DNA from: Desulfatiglandales bacterium
Lineage (GTDB): Bacteria; Desulfobacterota; DSM-4660; Desulfatiglandales; Desulfatiglandaceae
Direction: 5' to 3'
Length of the DNA stretch: 64,000 bases
Assembly (NCBI GenBank): GCA_963662465.1
Contig: OY759599.1
Coordinates: 896,001 to 960,000 of the forward strand
The notes beneath the pieces are model-generated. The model ran no database searches and was not told where the DNA came from. It worked only from the letters and a program-made list of their open reading frames with translations. A program made the position numbers and the translations under genes. Below, in pieces: positions 55,831 through 64,000 of this stretch (position 1 is its first letter; every line of letters starts with the position of its first letter).

Positions 55831-57864
55831 ATGGGGTATACGATTGACATTGACACCGGGGGGACTTTCACCGACGGGTTTTTCGTTTCAGGGGACCGGG
55901 TTGAGCCTGTAAAAGTGCCTACTTCGCCGCACGATTTGACGATTTGTTTTCTGGAATGTATTCGAGCCGGCGCAAAACGCTTCGGTGTGGCGGTGGAGGA
56001 TTTGTTGTATGACACGGACATCATCCGGTTTTCAAACACCATCGGCACCAATACTATCATACAACGTGACGGGAGCCGGTTGGGGCTGCTGGTGACGGGG
56101 GGGCATGAAAACCTGTCGCCCACCCGCATGGAGGATGGAAAACCGCCCCTGGTGTATCCCGAAATGCTGGTGGGGATTGAAGAAGAGACGTCCCCCTCGG
56201 GGGAAGTCCTGAAGGCCCCCAATGAAAAGGCCGTCATGGCGGCGGCTCAGAAACTCATTGACATGGGGGCGCGATGCCTGGTGGTGGCACTGGGGAATTC
56301 CGACGCCAATCCGCAAAATGAACGTGCGATTCGCGGGATCATCAAGAATGAATATCCCCGTGATTTTCTGGGGTCAGTGCCGGTGTTTCTCTCTTCGGAT
56401 ATCTCCAGCCGGGCCGGAGAAGAAGAACGGATCAATGCCGCCGTGTTGAACGCCTATATCCATGGCAAGCTGGTGAGTATGCTTTACAAGGCGGGAGAAA
56501 ACCTTCGCCAACGAATGTACGGGAAAAATCTCTTTATTGTTCACAACAACCATGCGGTGGCCCGGGTGGCCAAAACGCGCGCCATCAATACCTACAATTC
56601 CGGCCCGGCGGCAGGCCTTATGGGGGCGCGGTTGACCGGGCTCGCCTACGGGGCGGACCCTATTATTTCCGCGGACATGGGCGGTACCTCATTCGACCTG
56701 GGTTATGTTCAACAGGGTCAGGTCAGCTATACCCTAAAGCCGGATGTGGAGGGCTTTCGGGTCAATGTCCCCATGGTGGAGATCAAGGCTGTGGGAGCGG
56801 GGGGCGGGTCCATTGCCGCTGTTTCAGAGGGGGTTCTGCGGGTGGGTCCCCAATCGGCGGGCGCGCTTCCGGGACCGGTGTGCTTTGATCTGGGCGGCAC
56901 GGAACCCACCGTGACGGACGCGGACCTTTTGCTGGGCATCTTTGATCCCGACTATTTCCTGGGGGGCGCCATGAAGCTCAACATGGAAAAGGCCCGTGCC
57001 GTTATGGTGGATAAGATTGGTGAACCGTTGGGTCTCTCGGTGGAAGAGGCGGCATTTTCGGTGAAGGAGACCATTGATGATGCCATGGGACGGGAACTGG
57101 GCATAATCCGGAAGAAGTTGGGACAACGTGACCCGTTGCTGGTGGTGTACGGGGGAGCGGGGCCGGCCCATTGCTGTCGGACGGCAAAGGTCGCGGGCAT
57201 CAAAAAAATCGTTATCACCCCTTTTTCCGCCGTTTTTTCCGCCTATTCGTCCTCCGGCATGGATGTGGGACACATTTATTATGCCCGCATTGACATCCCT
57301 TTCAGTGAAAAGGCGGATTTTTCGGGTTTGCCCGCTGTCCTGGAATCTTTAACGCAAGAGGCCGAACGGGATATCCGTGGTGAAGGGTTTGCCATGGAAG
57401 AGATGACGCTGAGCCTCGAACTTCTGGTGCGAGGAGATGGGACGGAAATCAAGTTTGACGCGCCCCTCGATTTTTTTAAGTCGCCGGAGGGGATTGCGCA
57501 GGTTGTTTCCCGGGCTAAAAAGCTGATGGGACCCAATGGCAAAGGCTTTGAAGGAGATCCGGTCTTAAATATGGTGAGCCTGAGGGCTCAAGCGGCGGTT
57601 CCCCATTTTGACGTTAAAGAAGTGCCTCGATCCGCCACGGATGTCGCGACAGCGCGTAAGGGCGTCAGAGACGCGTTTCTTGACCGGAAAACGGGACTGC
57701 GGGAGATCCCCGTGTATGACCGTGCCCTGCTCACCCATGGTCATCGGTTGACGGGGCCTGCCCTGGTGGAATCGGAACAGACCACAATTCTGGTCGCCGC
57801 AGGATGGACCATGACCGTGGACAAGTTTAACAATGCCGTTCTGGAGGAGGGTATCGAGCTATGA
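55831..57864 (+). CDS. Hydantoinase A/oxoprolinase family protein (ApcA-like carboxylase subunit)
   Basis: IDTGGTFTD, SGPAAG, DMGGTSFD, VGPQSAGA.PGP and PTVTDA motifs. Confidence 0.88.
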   Translation: MGYTIDIDTGGTFTDGFFVSGDRVEPVKVPTSPHDLTICFLECIRAGAKRFGVAVEDLLYDTDIIRFSNTIGTNTIIQRDGSRLGLLVTGGHENLSPTRMEDGKPPLVYPEMLVGIEEETSPSGEVLKAPNEKAVMAAAQKLIDMGARCLVVALGNSDANPQNERAIRGIIKNEYPRDFLGSVPVFLSSDISSRAGEEERINAAVLNAYIHGKLVSMLYKAGENLRQRMYGKNLFIVHNNHAVARVAKTRAINTYNSGPAAGLMGARLTGLAYGADPIISADMGGTSFDLGYVQQGQVSYTLKPDVEGFRVNVPMVEIKAVGAGGGSIAAVSEGVLRVGPQSAGALPGPVCFDLGGTEPTVTDADLLLGIFDPDYFLGGAMKLNMEKARAVMVDKIGEPLGLSVEEAAFSVKETIDDAMGRELGIIRKKLGQRDPLLVVYGGAGPAHCCRTAKVAGIKKIVITPFSAVFSAYSSSGMDVGHIYYARIDIPFSEKADFSGLPAVLESLTQEAERDIRGEGFAMEEMTLSLELLVRGDGTEIKFDAPLDFFKSPEGIAQVVSRAKKLMGPNGKGFEGDPVLNMVSLRAQAAVPHFDVKEVPRSATDVATARKGVRDAFLDRKTGLREIPVYDRALLTHGHRLTGPALVESEQTTILVAAGWTMTVDKFNNAVLEEGIEL

Positions 57865-58190
57865 AAGTGAGAATCACCGAGTATCTGGAGATTGATCTGG
57901 AGCAGGAATCATGGTGTTGCAATCGTTGCGGGCAAGTGCTCATCGGGGCTCGCGAGAACTATAAAAGGGGGTGCTTGGTGGCTGAAAAGCCCCTTGGTGA
58001 AGTGCATCCACCTCTGGTGGAAGGAAAAGAATTCAGTTTTTCGCCGGATCCCGACTATTGCCGGCTGTTGGAATTTTATTGTCCCGCCTGCGGGGTGATT
58101 ATTGAAAATGAGTATCTTCCGCCCGGGCATCCTATTACCCATGACATTGAGCTGGATGTGGATGCGCTCAAAAAAAGACACGGGGTATGA
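57861..58190 (+). CDS. Acetone carboxylase gamma / ApcB-like Zn subunit
   Basis: MKVRITEYLEIDL, CNRCG, NYKRGCL, EFYCPACG...EYLPPGHP..HDIE. Confidence 0.88.
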   Translation: MKVRITEYLEIDLEQESWCCNRCGQVLIGARENYKRGCLVAEKPLGEVHPPLVEGKEFSFSPDPDYCRLLEFYCPACGVIIENEYLPPGHPITHDIELDVDALKKRHGV

Positions 58191-58193
58191 GCA

Positions 58194-59138
58194 ATGGCAA
58201 CGGGAAGGGAGCTCTTCAACCACTTTTTGAATGACGAACCCCTGGAAAGACCGGTGTTTGTGCCCATGATCAGGGGTATGCTGTCCCGCGTCGAGGGCCT
58301 GCCCATGGAGCGGCTGATGAATGATCCCACCCTGTGGGCCAACAGCATGGTAAAAACCCACAAACTATTTCGTTTTGACGGGGTGGTGGCGGGGTTGGAT
58401 TTCACCTTGATGGCCGAGGCCTGCGGTTGTGAAATTTTATGGGAGAATGATCGCCCCATCGCTTCTCTTCCGCAAAAAGGCCTTTATGAAAAACCGGAAG
58501 AAACCGGCCGGATGAAGCATGCGCTGGAGGCGGCGGCCCGGGTTTTCGAGGTGAGCCGGAAGGATCAGGCCTGCATTGCCGCCGTCACCGGCCCCGTGAC
58601 GCTTGCCGACATGTTGTTCGGTCGCGGAAAAGGGGTTGAACACCTGGGGGAAATTAAACAGTTGATGGTTCAGGTGGCGGAAGCCTTCTGCAAAACAGGG
58701 CCTGATGTCCTGATTTTCATGGAGGGAAGGCCTCTGGGTTCCACGGAAATCACTTTTTCCCACAAAAAGATCTACAACACCCTTAAAAATATCACCGGGT
58801 ATTATGATGTGAAGTCGGGGCTTTATGTGCAGCGATATGATCCTTCCCGGGTTGACCGGTTTAACGCGCTTAAAATGGACCTGTACGTGCTGGGTCCTTC
58901 GGCGGATGGAACCTTGCCGGAGGTTTCGCGAGTGTGGGATCTTGGGGTGGGCGCCCTTGGGGTGGGTCTCGGTCTGCCGCTGAACGATCTGACCACGGCT
59001 CGCAGGCTCATCCGGGAAGGCCGGGAACTGTATGAATCCAGCGGCGGCCGGGGCATCTTTTTTACCAGTCTGGGACCGGCCACCCGGGATGTAGATCTTG
59101 AAACGCTTCACCAACTGGTTCAGGAATTCTTTCATTGA
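58194..59138 (+). CDS. URO-D-fold protein (possible ApcE-like accessory subunit)
   Basis: AEACGC and VTGPVTLA URO-D/MtaA-like motifs; 314 aa; lies within the carboxylase cluster. Confidence 0.6.
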   Translation: MATGRELFNHFLNDEPLERPVFVPMIRGMLSRVEGLPMERLMNDPTLWANSMVKTHKLFRFDGVVAGLDFTLMAEACGCEILWENDRPIASLPQKGLYEKPEETGRMKHALEAAARVFEVSRKDQACIAAVTGPVTLADMLFGRGKGVEHLGEIKQLMVQVAEAFCKTGPDVLIFMEGRPLGSTEITFSHKKIYNTLKNITGYYDVKSGLYVQRYDPSRVDRFNALKMDLYVLGPSADGTLPEVSRVWDLGVGALGVGLGLPLNDLTTARRLIREGRELYESSGGRGIFFTSLGPATRDVDLETLHQLVQEFFH

Positions 59139-59193
59139 TAACGCACCAAAACAATTGCATCGAGACAATCGTATCAAGATAAGGAGACGTGTC

Positions 59194-61329
59194 ATGGGTA
59201 TTTCAATCAGCGTCGATATCGGCGGAACATTTACGGATTTTTACGCCCACAGCGAGGATGGTCAAACGGAAATCACCAAAACCCCCAGCACTCACTATGA
59301 TCTCTCTGTCGGGTTCATGAAGGGGATGAAGACATTGGCCCGATCCTTCGGGAAGGGGTTAACTGATTTCCTGGGAGAGAGCGACGTGGTGCGCTATTGC
59401 ACCACCGTGGGGACCAATGCCCTCATAGAGAGGACGGGTCCGAAGCTGGGGTTTATTACCACCGCCGGTTTTGAGGATGCCATTTTCCTGGGGCGCGGCC
59501 GAAGCTGGGCCGACGGCGGTTCGGTTCTTGAAAACAAGGACCTGGCCCGCATTCGAAAACCGGACCCCCTCATTGCGCCGGAGATGGTGGTGGGGGTTCG
59601 AGAACGGATCGATTCCTTCGGCAACATCATCAGTCCGCTAACGCGGGAGGACGTGCGTGAAAAACTTCAGCGCCTGGTAGACCGGGGCGCCATGGGATTT
59701 GTGGTGGGCCTTTTGTGGTCTTTCAGCAACCCGGCCCATGAGCGGATGATCAAAGAGATCATTGAGGAGGAATATCCGGAGGACTATCTGGGAAGCATGC
59801 CGGTGATCCTGTCCAGCGATGTGTCTCCCAAATCCGCCGAATACACCCGTTTTACCACCACCATTGTCAACGCCTATATTCATGGGGTCATGGCGGAAAA
59901 GCTGAACAAGCTGGGCAATGAACTGAGGGACGGCGGTTACCGGCGCCCCCTGGTGCTGGTACACAATACGGGGGGAATGAAAAAGATGTCCCGGACCCGG
60001 GCTGTGTTGACCCATAACGCGGGGCCCGTGGCGGGACTTCATGGCGCTCTCGCCGTGGGCGCCCATTACGGTCATGAAAAGATCATCTTTACCGATATGG
60101 GGGGCACTTCCTTTGATATCGGGGTCATTACCGGCGGGGAACTGAAAACCTACGATTTTATTCCCCTCATCGATCGCTGGCGTACCAATATCCCGGCCAT
60201 CGAGGTGAAATCCATCGGGGCCGGCGGCGGCTCCATCGCCTGGATCAACCAGCTCATGGGAAATGCCATGGAAGTGGGCCCCCAGTCGGCTGGTTCCATG
60301 CCCGGACCCGCCTGCTACGATCAGGGCGGTCGGGAACCCACGGTGACGGATGCGGACCTGCTGCTGGGGTATCTCAATCCGGAAAATTATCTGGGCGGCA
60401 ATATGTTGCTGGATCCTGATCTGAGTCGGGAAGTCATCAAAGAGAAAATCGCCGATCCCCTGGGCATCGATCCAGTGGAGGCGGCCTTTCGCATCCGGCA
60501 GGTGGTGGACGCCCGCATGGGGCAGGAGGTGTTTAACGAGGTGGCGCTCAAGGGGCATGACCCCAGGGAATTCGTCCTCATGGCCTGCGGGGGGGCAGGC
60601 GCCACCCATGCCTGCGGTTTTGCGCCCTATCTGAAGGTGGAAAAAGTCATCGTGTCTCCCTATTCTCCTGTTTTCGGGGCCTTCGGCGCGTCTACGGTGA
60701 ACGTCAGCCAGGTGTGGGAAATGTCAAAAACCATGAAGATCTTTCAATGGGCCACCCAATCCTATTCCGAAGATATGGACGCCTTTAACGCCGTGGTGGC
60801 GGATCTGAAAAACAAAGCGGTACGGGACCTTCAATTGGAGGGGTACAGCGAGGACCGGATTTTGTTCCGGCTGGAACTGGATATGCGCTACGGCATGCAG
60901 TACAACCTCATGAAAGTGGTCTCCCCCCGTTTGACCCTTCAAAATTCCGATGATTTCAAGGCCATCTGCGATGAGTTTACCCGGCAATATGCGGAAGTTT
61001 ACTCGCCTGAAGCCACTTTTCCCATGGGCGGCATCAACCTGGAGTGTTTTCATTTAACCGCCATGGTGACGTTGCCGCCCCTTACGCTTCCGGTCTTTGA
61101 AGAAAAGGGCAAAACGCCTGTCCCCGCTGCAATTCTCCCTTCGCGCAAAGCCTATTGGGCGGCGCTGTCCGGGTTTGCGGAAACACCGGTTTTTGCTTTT
61201 AACGAACTGCTGGTGGGAAATGTTATTGAGGGGCCTGCCCTGGTGGAAGCGAATGATACCACCTACGTGATCGAACCGGGGTGGCGATTTGAACTGGATC
61301 GTTTTTGCAATGCAATTTTGAGCCGTTAG
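59194..61329 (+). CDS. Hydantoinase A/oxoprolinase family protein (ApcC-like carboxylase subunit)
   Basis: VDIGGTFTD, TTVGTNALIER, DMGGTSFD and PGPACY motifs. Confidence 0.88.
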   Translation: MGISISVDIGGTFTDFYAHSEDGQTEITKTPSTHYDLSVGFMKGMKTLARSFGKGLTDFLGESDVVRYCTTVGTNALIERTGPKLGFITTAGFEDAIFLGRGRSWADGGSVLENKDLARIRKPDPLIAPEMVVGVRERIDSFGNIISPLTREDVREKLQRLVDRGAMGFVVGLLWSFSNPAHERMIKEIIEEEYPEDYLGSMPVILSSDVSPKSAEYTRFTTTIVNAYIHGVMAEKLNKLGNELRDGGYRRPLVLVHNTGGMKKMSRTRAVLTHNAGPVAGLHGALAVGAHYGHEKIIFTDMGGTSFDIGVITGGELKTYDFIPLIDRWRTNIPAIEVKSIGAGGGSIAWINQLMGNAMEVGPQSAGSMPGPACYDQGGREPTVTDADLLLGYLNPENYLGGNMLLDPDLSREVIKEKIADPLGIDPVEAAFRIRQVVDARMGQEVFNEVALKGHDPREFVLMACGGAGATHACGFAPYLKVEKVIVSPYSPVFGAFGASTVNVSQVWEMSKTMKIFQWATQSYSEDMDAFNAVVADLKNKAVRDLQLEGYSEDRILFRLELDMRYGMQYNLMKVVSPRLTLQNSDDFKAICDEFTRQYAEVYSPEATFPMGGINLECFHLTAMVTLPPLTLPVFEEKGKTPVPAAILPSRKAYWAALSGFAETPVFAFNELLVGNVIEGPALVEANDTTYVIEPGWRFELDRFCNAILSR

Positions 61330-61366
61330 CTAATACCTAACAGCTAATGGCTAACAGCTAACAGCT
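61329..61366. repeat. 7-bp tandem repeat (GCTAACA-like x5)
   Basis: GCTAATA CCTAACA GCTAATG GCTAACA GCTAACA GCT. Confidence 0.75.
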
Positions 61367-61414
61367 TCTTTCCGCTTAAACAATTCGGGGCTGCAAACCC
61401 CGGGGAGGTGACGT

Positions 61415-63487
61415 ATGCAAGACATGGCTTATGGCAGGGATATGGAAGTCGTCAAACGGTTGAATCCCGAGCCTATGACGATGGATGAAACGTCGGCGCA
61501 GGAACAGATCAATGATGTGGATTTTGAAATTTTCACCCACAAGGTGGATATGATCGCCCAGGAAGGAAAAGAAACCACCATGAAGCTGGGCGCGAGTTCG
61601 GGAATGCGCTGGGGCGATGTGGCATTTGGGGTATATACGGGGCTGGGGGATCTGGCCGTTGTGGCCACCGGCATCTGGTTTCATGCGGTTTTAGGCCAGA
61701 TTCCGGTGAAATATATCGTGAAACACTGGGTTGATGAGTCCTCCGTGGGCGTGAAGGAAGGGGATTCCTTTTTCTGGAATGATCCCTTTTACGGGGGGGT
61801 CCATGGGGCCGACATGGGGCTCTGCGTGCCGGTTTTTTATGACGGAGAGCTGGTTTGTTTTACCGGGGCCGTGGTTCATACCGGGGAATCCGGGGCTACG
61901 GATCCGGGCGGCATGAGCCTGCGGGCCCGGAGCAAGTATGATGAAGGGCTTCTGATTCCGCCCCTGAAGGTGGGGGAAAATTATGCCCTCAAAGAGGATG
62001 TCCTCAATATGTTCAGCGCCATGACAAGGGACCCAAGGACCATGATTCTGGACATCAAGGCGCGTCTGGCGGCCTGCCGTATTGCTCAGCGCCGCATTGT
62101 GGATCTCATTGACGAAAAGGGCATCGCCTTTTTCAGAGGGGCCTTGCGCCGCATTCTGACGGTGACCGGAGCGGCGGCTCGCAAAAAGGTATCTCTTTTA
62201 AACGACGGCATTTTCCGTCAGCCCCGGTTCATGGATACGGTGGGCATGGAGCCTGGGCTCACCAAGATCGATATTACCATGGAGAAAAAGGGGGACAAAA
62301 TCAAGTTTTCCTTTGACGACACCACGCCCATGCTGCCGGACCTGGCGCTCAATACGTTTTTTCAGGGGATCATCGGGCTATCCATGGTCTATTTCTGCGG
62401 CTGGTTCCTCCATGATCTTCCTGCCAACAACGGGCTGCTGGAAGCCATTGAATGGGATTTTCCCGACAATATCTTTATCAATGCCAAAGGGGATGTGCCC
62501 ACCAACATGGCGCCTTTTACCCAGACCTGTTTTTCCCACGGCGTGTTCCTGGCGGGCGCCCGCATGACCTATCATCTGGAGCCCACCCGGGCTGTGGCAG
62601 CCTGGTTTCAGGGATTTGGCGTGCCGGTATACGGGGGGATGAACCAGTGGAACGAGCCTATTGCCGACATTACCCCAGAGATCAATGCCACGGGCGCCGG
62701 CGCTAGACCGGACATGGACGGGGTAAACGGGTCAGGGGCCTATTTTGCCACCATGAGCGACTGTTCCGATGTGGAAACCACCGAGTCGGACCGGCCCTTT
62801 CTGTATCTTTTCAGAAATTACGCCATCAACTCCTATGGACACGGTAAATTCAGGGGGGGCGCAGGCGTTGGCTTCGGCATGATGATGCACCATGTGCCGT
62901 GGGTGGCGATGGGCGCCTTTGGATACGGCGCCAAATTTCCGTCTACCCTGGGCATATTCGGGGGCTATGCGACCCCGCCCGCCTTTATTTCCACGGTGGG
63001 ACAGAGCAATGCCAAGACGTTGCTGGCTGAAAGCAATACACATCTGCCCACGCGCCTGGAACAGGTCTATGAGGAAGGAAACCCCGAACAGGGCATGGCG
63101 CAACAGCACAATGTGACCATGAGCATTCAACCGCTCATGAACGGCGACACCTTCTACGTTCCCGTGGGAGGCGGCGCGGGCTATGGCGATGTGCTGGAAC
63201 GGGCGCCCGATGCCATCCTGAAAGATCTGAAAGAGGGGATGGTGTCCCACTGGGCCGCTCAAAATGTTTACAGCATCGTCTATGACGAGGATACCCTTCG
63301 CCTGGATGAGGAAAAGACCGCTGCTTTACGGGACAAGGTGCGTAAGGATCGGATTGCAAAGGGAAAACCCTTTGATGAATTTGAAGTTCAGTGGCAACAG
63401 CAACGTCCATCGGATCAGGCCATTAAGCATTACGGGAATTATCCCCATCCCAGTGAAGGATCGCCTCAGGGTCCTCCGGGAATGTAA
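61415..63487 (+). CDS. Hydantoinase B/oxoprolinase family protein (ApcD-like carboxylase subunit)
   Basis: NDPFYGGVH..D, EGLLIPPLK, GHGKFRGG and GGGAGYGDVLER motifs. Confidence 0.88.
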   Translation: MQDMAYGRDMEVVKRLNPEPMTMDETSAQEQINDVDFEIFTHKVDMIAQEGKETTMKLGASSGMRWGDVAFGVYTGLGDLAVVATGIWFHAVLGQIPVKYIVKHWVDESSVGVKEGDSFFWNDPFYGGVHGADMGLCVPVFYDGELVCFTGAVVHTGESGATDPGGMSLRARSKYDEGLLIPPLKVGENYALKEDVLNMFSAMTRDPRTMILDIKARLAACRIAQRRIVDLIDEKGIAFFRGALRRILTVTGAAARKKVSLLNDGIFRQPRFMDTVGMEPGLTKIDITMEKKGDKIKFSFDDTTPMLPDLALNTFFQGIIGLSMVYFCGWFLHDLPANNGLLEAIEWDFPDNIFINAKGDVPTNMAPFTQTCFSHGVFLAGARMTYHLEPTRAVAAWFQGFGVPVYGGMNQWNEPIADITPEINATGAGARPDMDGVNGSGAYFATMSDCSDVETTESDRPFLYLFRNYAINSYGHGKFRGGAGVGFGMMMHHVPWVAMGAFGYGAKFPSTLGIFGGYATPPAFISTVGQSNAKTLLAESNTHLPTRLEQVYEEGNPEQGMAQQHNVTMSIQPLMNGDTFYVPVGGGAGYGDVLERAPDAILKDLKEGMVSHWAAQNVYSIVYDEDTLRLDEEKTAALRDKVRKDRIAKGKPFDEFEVQWQQQRPSDQAIKHYGNYPHPSEGSPQGPPGM

Positions 63488-63531
63488 TGAATTGCGGATT
63501 GCGGAAAGAAATGAGGAACAGGAGTTAAAAA

Positions 63532-64000
63532 ATGTCGTCAGTTGAGGAAGTGCGAAAAAGGACCATTCACGGGGTTCTCAAACAGAAAGTCGCGGAATGT
63601 GGATCTCGTGAGTTTTTCTATTATAAAGATCAGGCTTTTACCTACGAGGACCTGGACCGGGCCTCGGACCGGGTGGCGGCGGGACTTCAAGCCCTGGGTA
63701 TCGGTAAAGGGGACAAGGTAGCCATTATTATGGGAAACCGACCGGAGTTCCTGTTTCTGTGGTTCGGTTTGAGTAAGCTGGGGGCCGTTGAAGTGCCGGT
63801 GAACACGGCCCATCGGGGGGAGCTGTTGACCTACATGATGGACAAATCCGACTCCCGATTGCTGGTGATGGAGGCTGGATTCATGGATCGGGTGGCGCCG
63901 GTATTGAAAGATTTGCCAAAGCTGGAGCAGGTGATTGTTCTGGCGGCGCCTGAAGAGACGGTTCCGGAAGTAGGGAAGCCGGTGCTGGATTATGGCCGGG
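63532..64000 (+). CDS. AMP-dependent CoA ligase (CaiC/Bal-like), truncated by window end; not in ORF track
   Basis: AGGAG RBS; MSSVEEVRKRTIHG...TYEDLDRASDRVAAGLQALGIGKGDKVAI..NRPEFL..WFGLSKLGAVEVPVN. Confidence 0.88.
   Translation, partial: MSSVEEVRKRTIHGVLKQKVAECGSREFFYYKDQAFTYEDLDRASDRVAAGLQALGIGKGDKVAIIMGNRPEFLFLWFGLSKLGAVEVPVNTAHRGELLTYMMDKSDSRLLVMEAGFMDRVAPVLKDLPKLEQVIVLAAPEETVPEVGKPVLDYGR

Noticed and set aside
58194..59138. True uroporphyrinogen decarboxylase or corrinoid methyltransferase
   Set aside because: Catalytic and Zn-binding motifs not evident, and the context is a carboxylase operon
1..64000. CRISPR array, tRNA, rRNA or riboswitch
   Set aside because: No regularly spaced 25-40 bp repeats or recognisable structured RNA genes seen by eye; a covariance search could still find small RNAs

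Overview
Bacterial DNA with a gene set typical of an anaerobic Desulfobacterota/deltaproteobacterium (inferred from sigma54 two-component systems, TRAP/Liv transporters, ETF plus a membrane Fe-S oxidoreductase, and a multiheme cytochrome). Five main blocks. (1) 1-19.1 kb: end of an acyl-CoA/molybdoenzyme catabolic operon, a TRAP transporter, regulators, and a sigma54-controlled Liv-type ABC transporter. (2) 19.2-25.3 kb: an integrase-less integron cassette array with four attC sites and five cassettes, including a 3.3 kb restriction-modification cassette. (3) 25.3-46.6 kb: a mycofactocin locus. It has a 40-aa MftA precursor missed by the ORF track, mftB, mftC, mftF, an Mdo/MNO-like alcohol dehydrogenase, an aldehyde dehydrogenase and two OYE flavoproteins, but no mftD or mftE. 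EtfAB, a 7-heme cytochrome c, a membrane Fe-S/CCG oxidoreductase and two extra radical SAM enzymes are embedded in or next to it; this candidate anaerobic mycofactocin electron-transfer chain is the most novel-looking system here. (4) Several short mosaic remnants in which long neighbouring operons are collapsed to a few hundred bp. (5) 55-64 kb: a TetR-associated acetophenone-carboxylase-like five-gene cluster followed by a CoA ligase. No rRNA, tRNA, CRISPR array or transposase was recognised. All homology calls are from motif recognition, not database searches.
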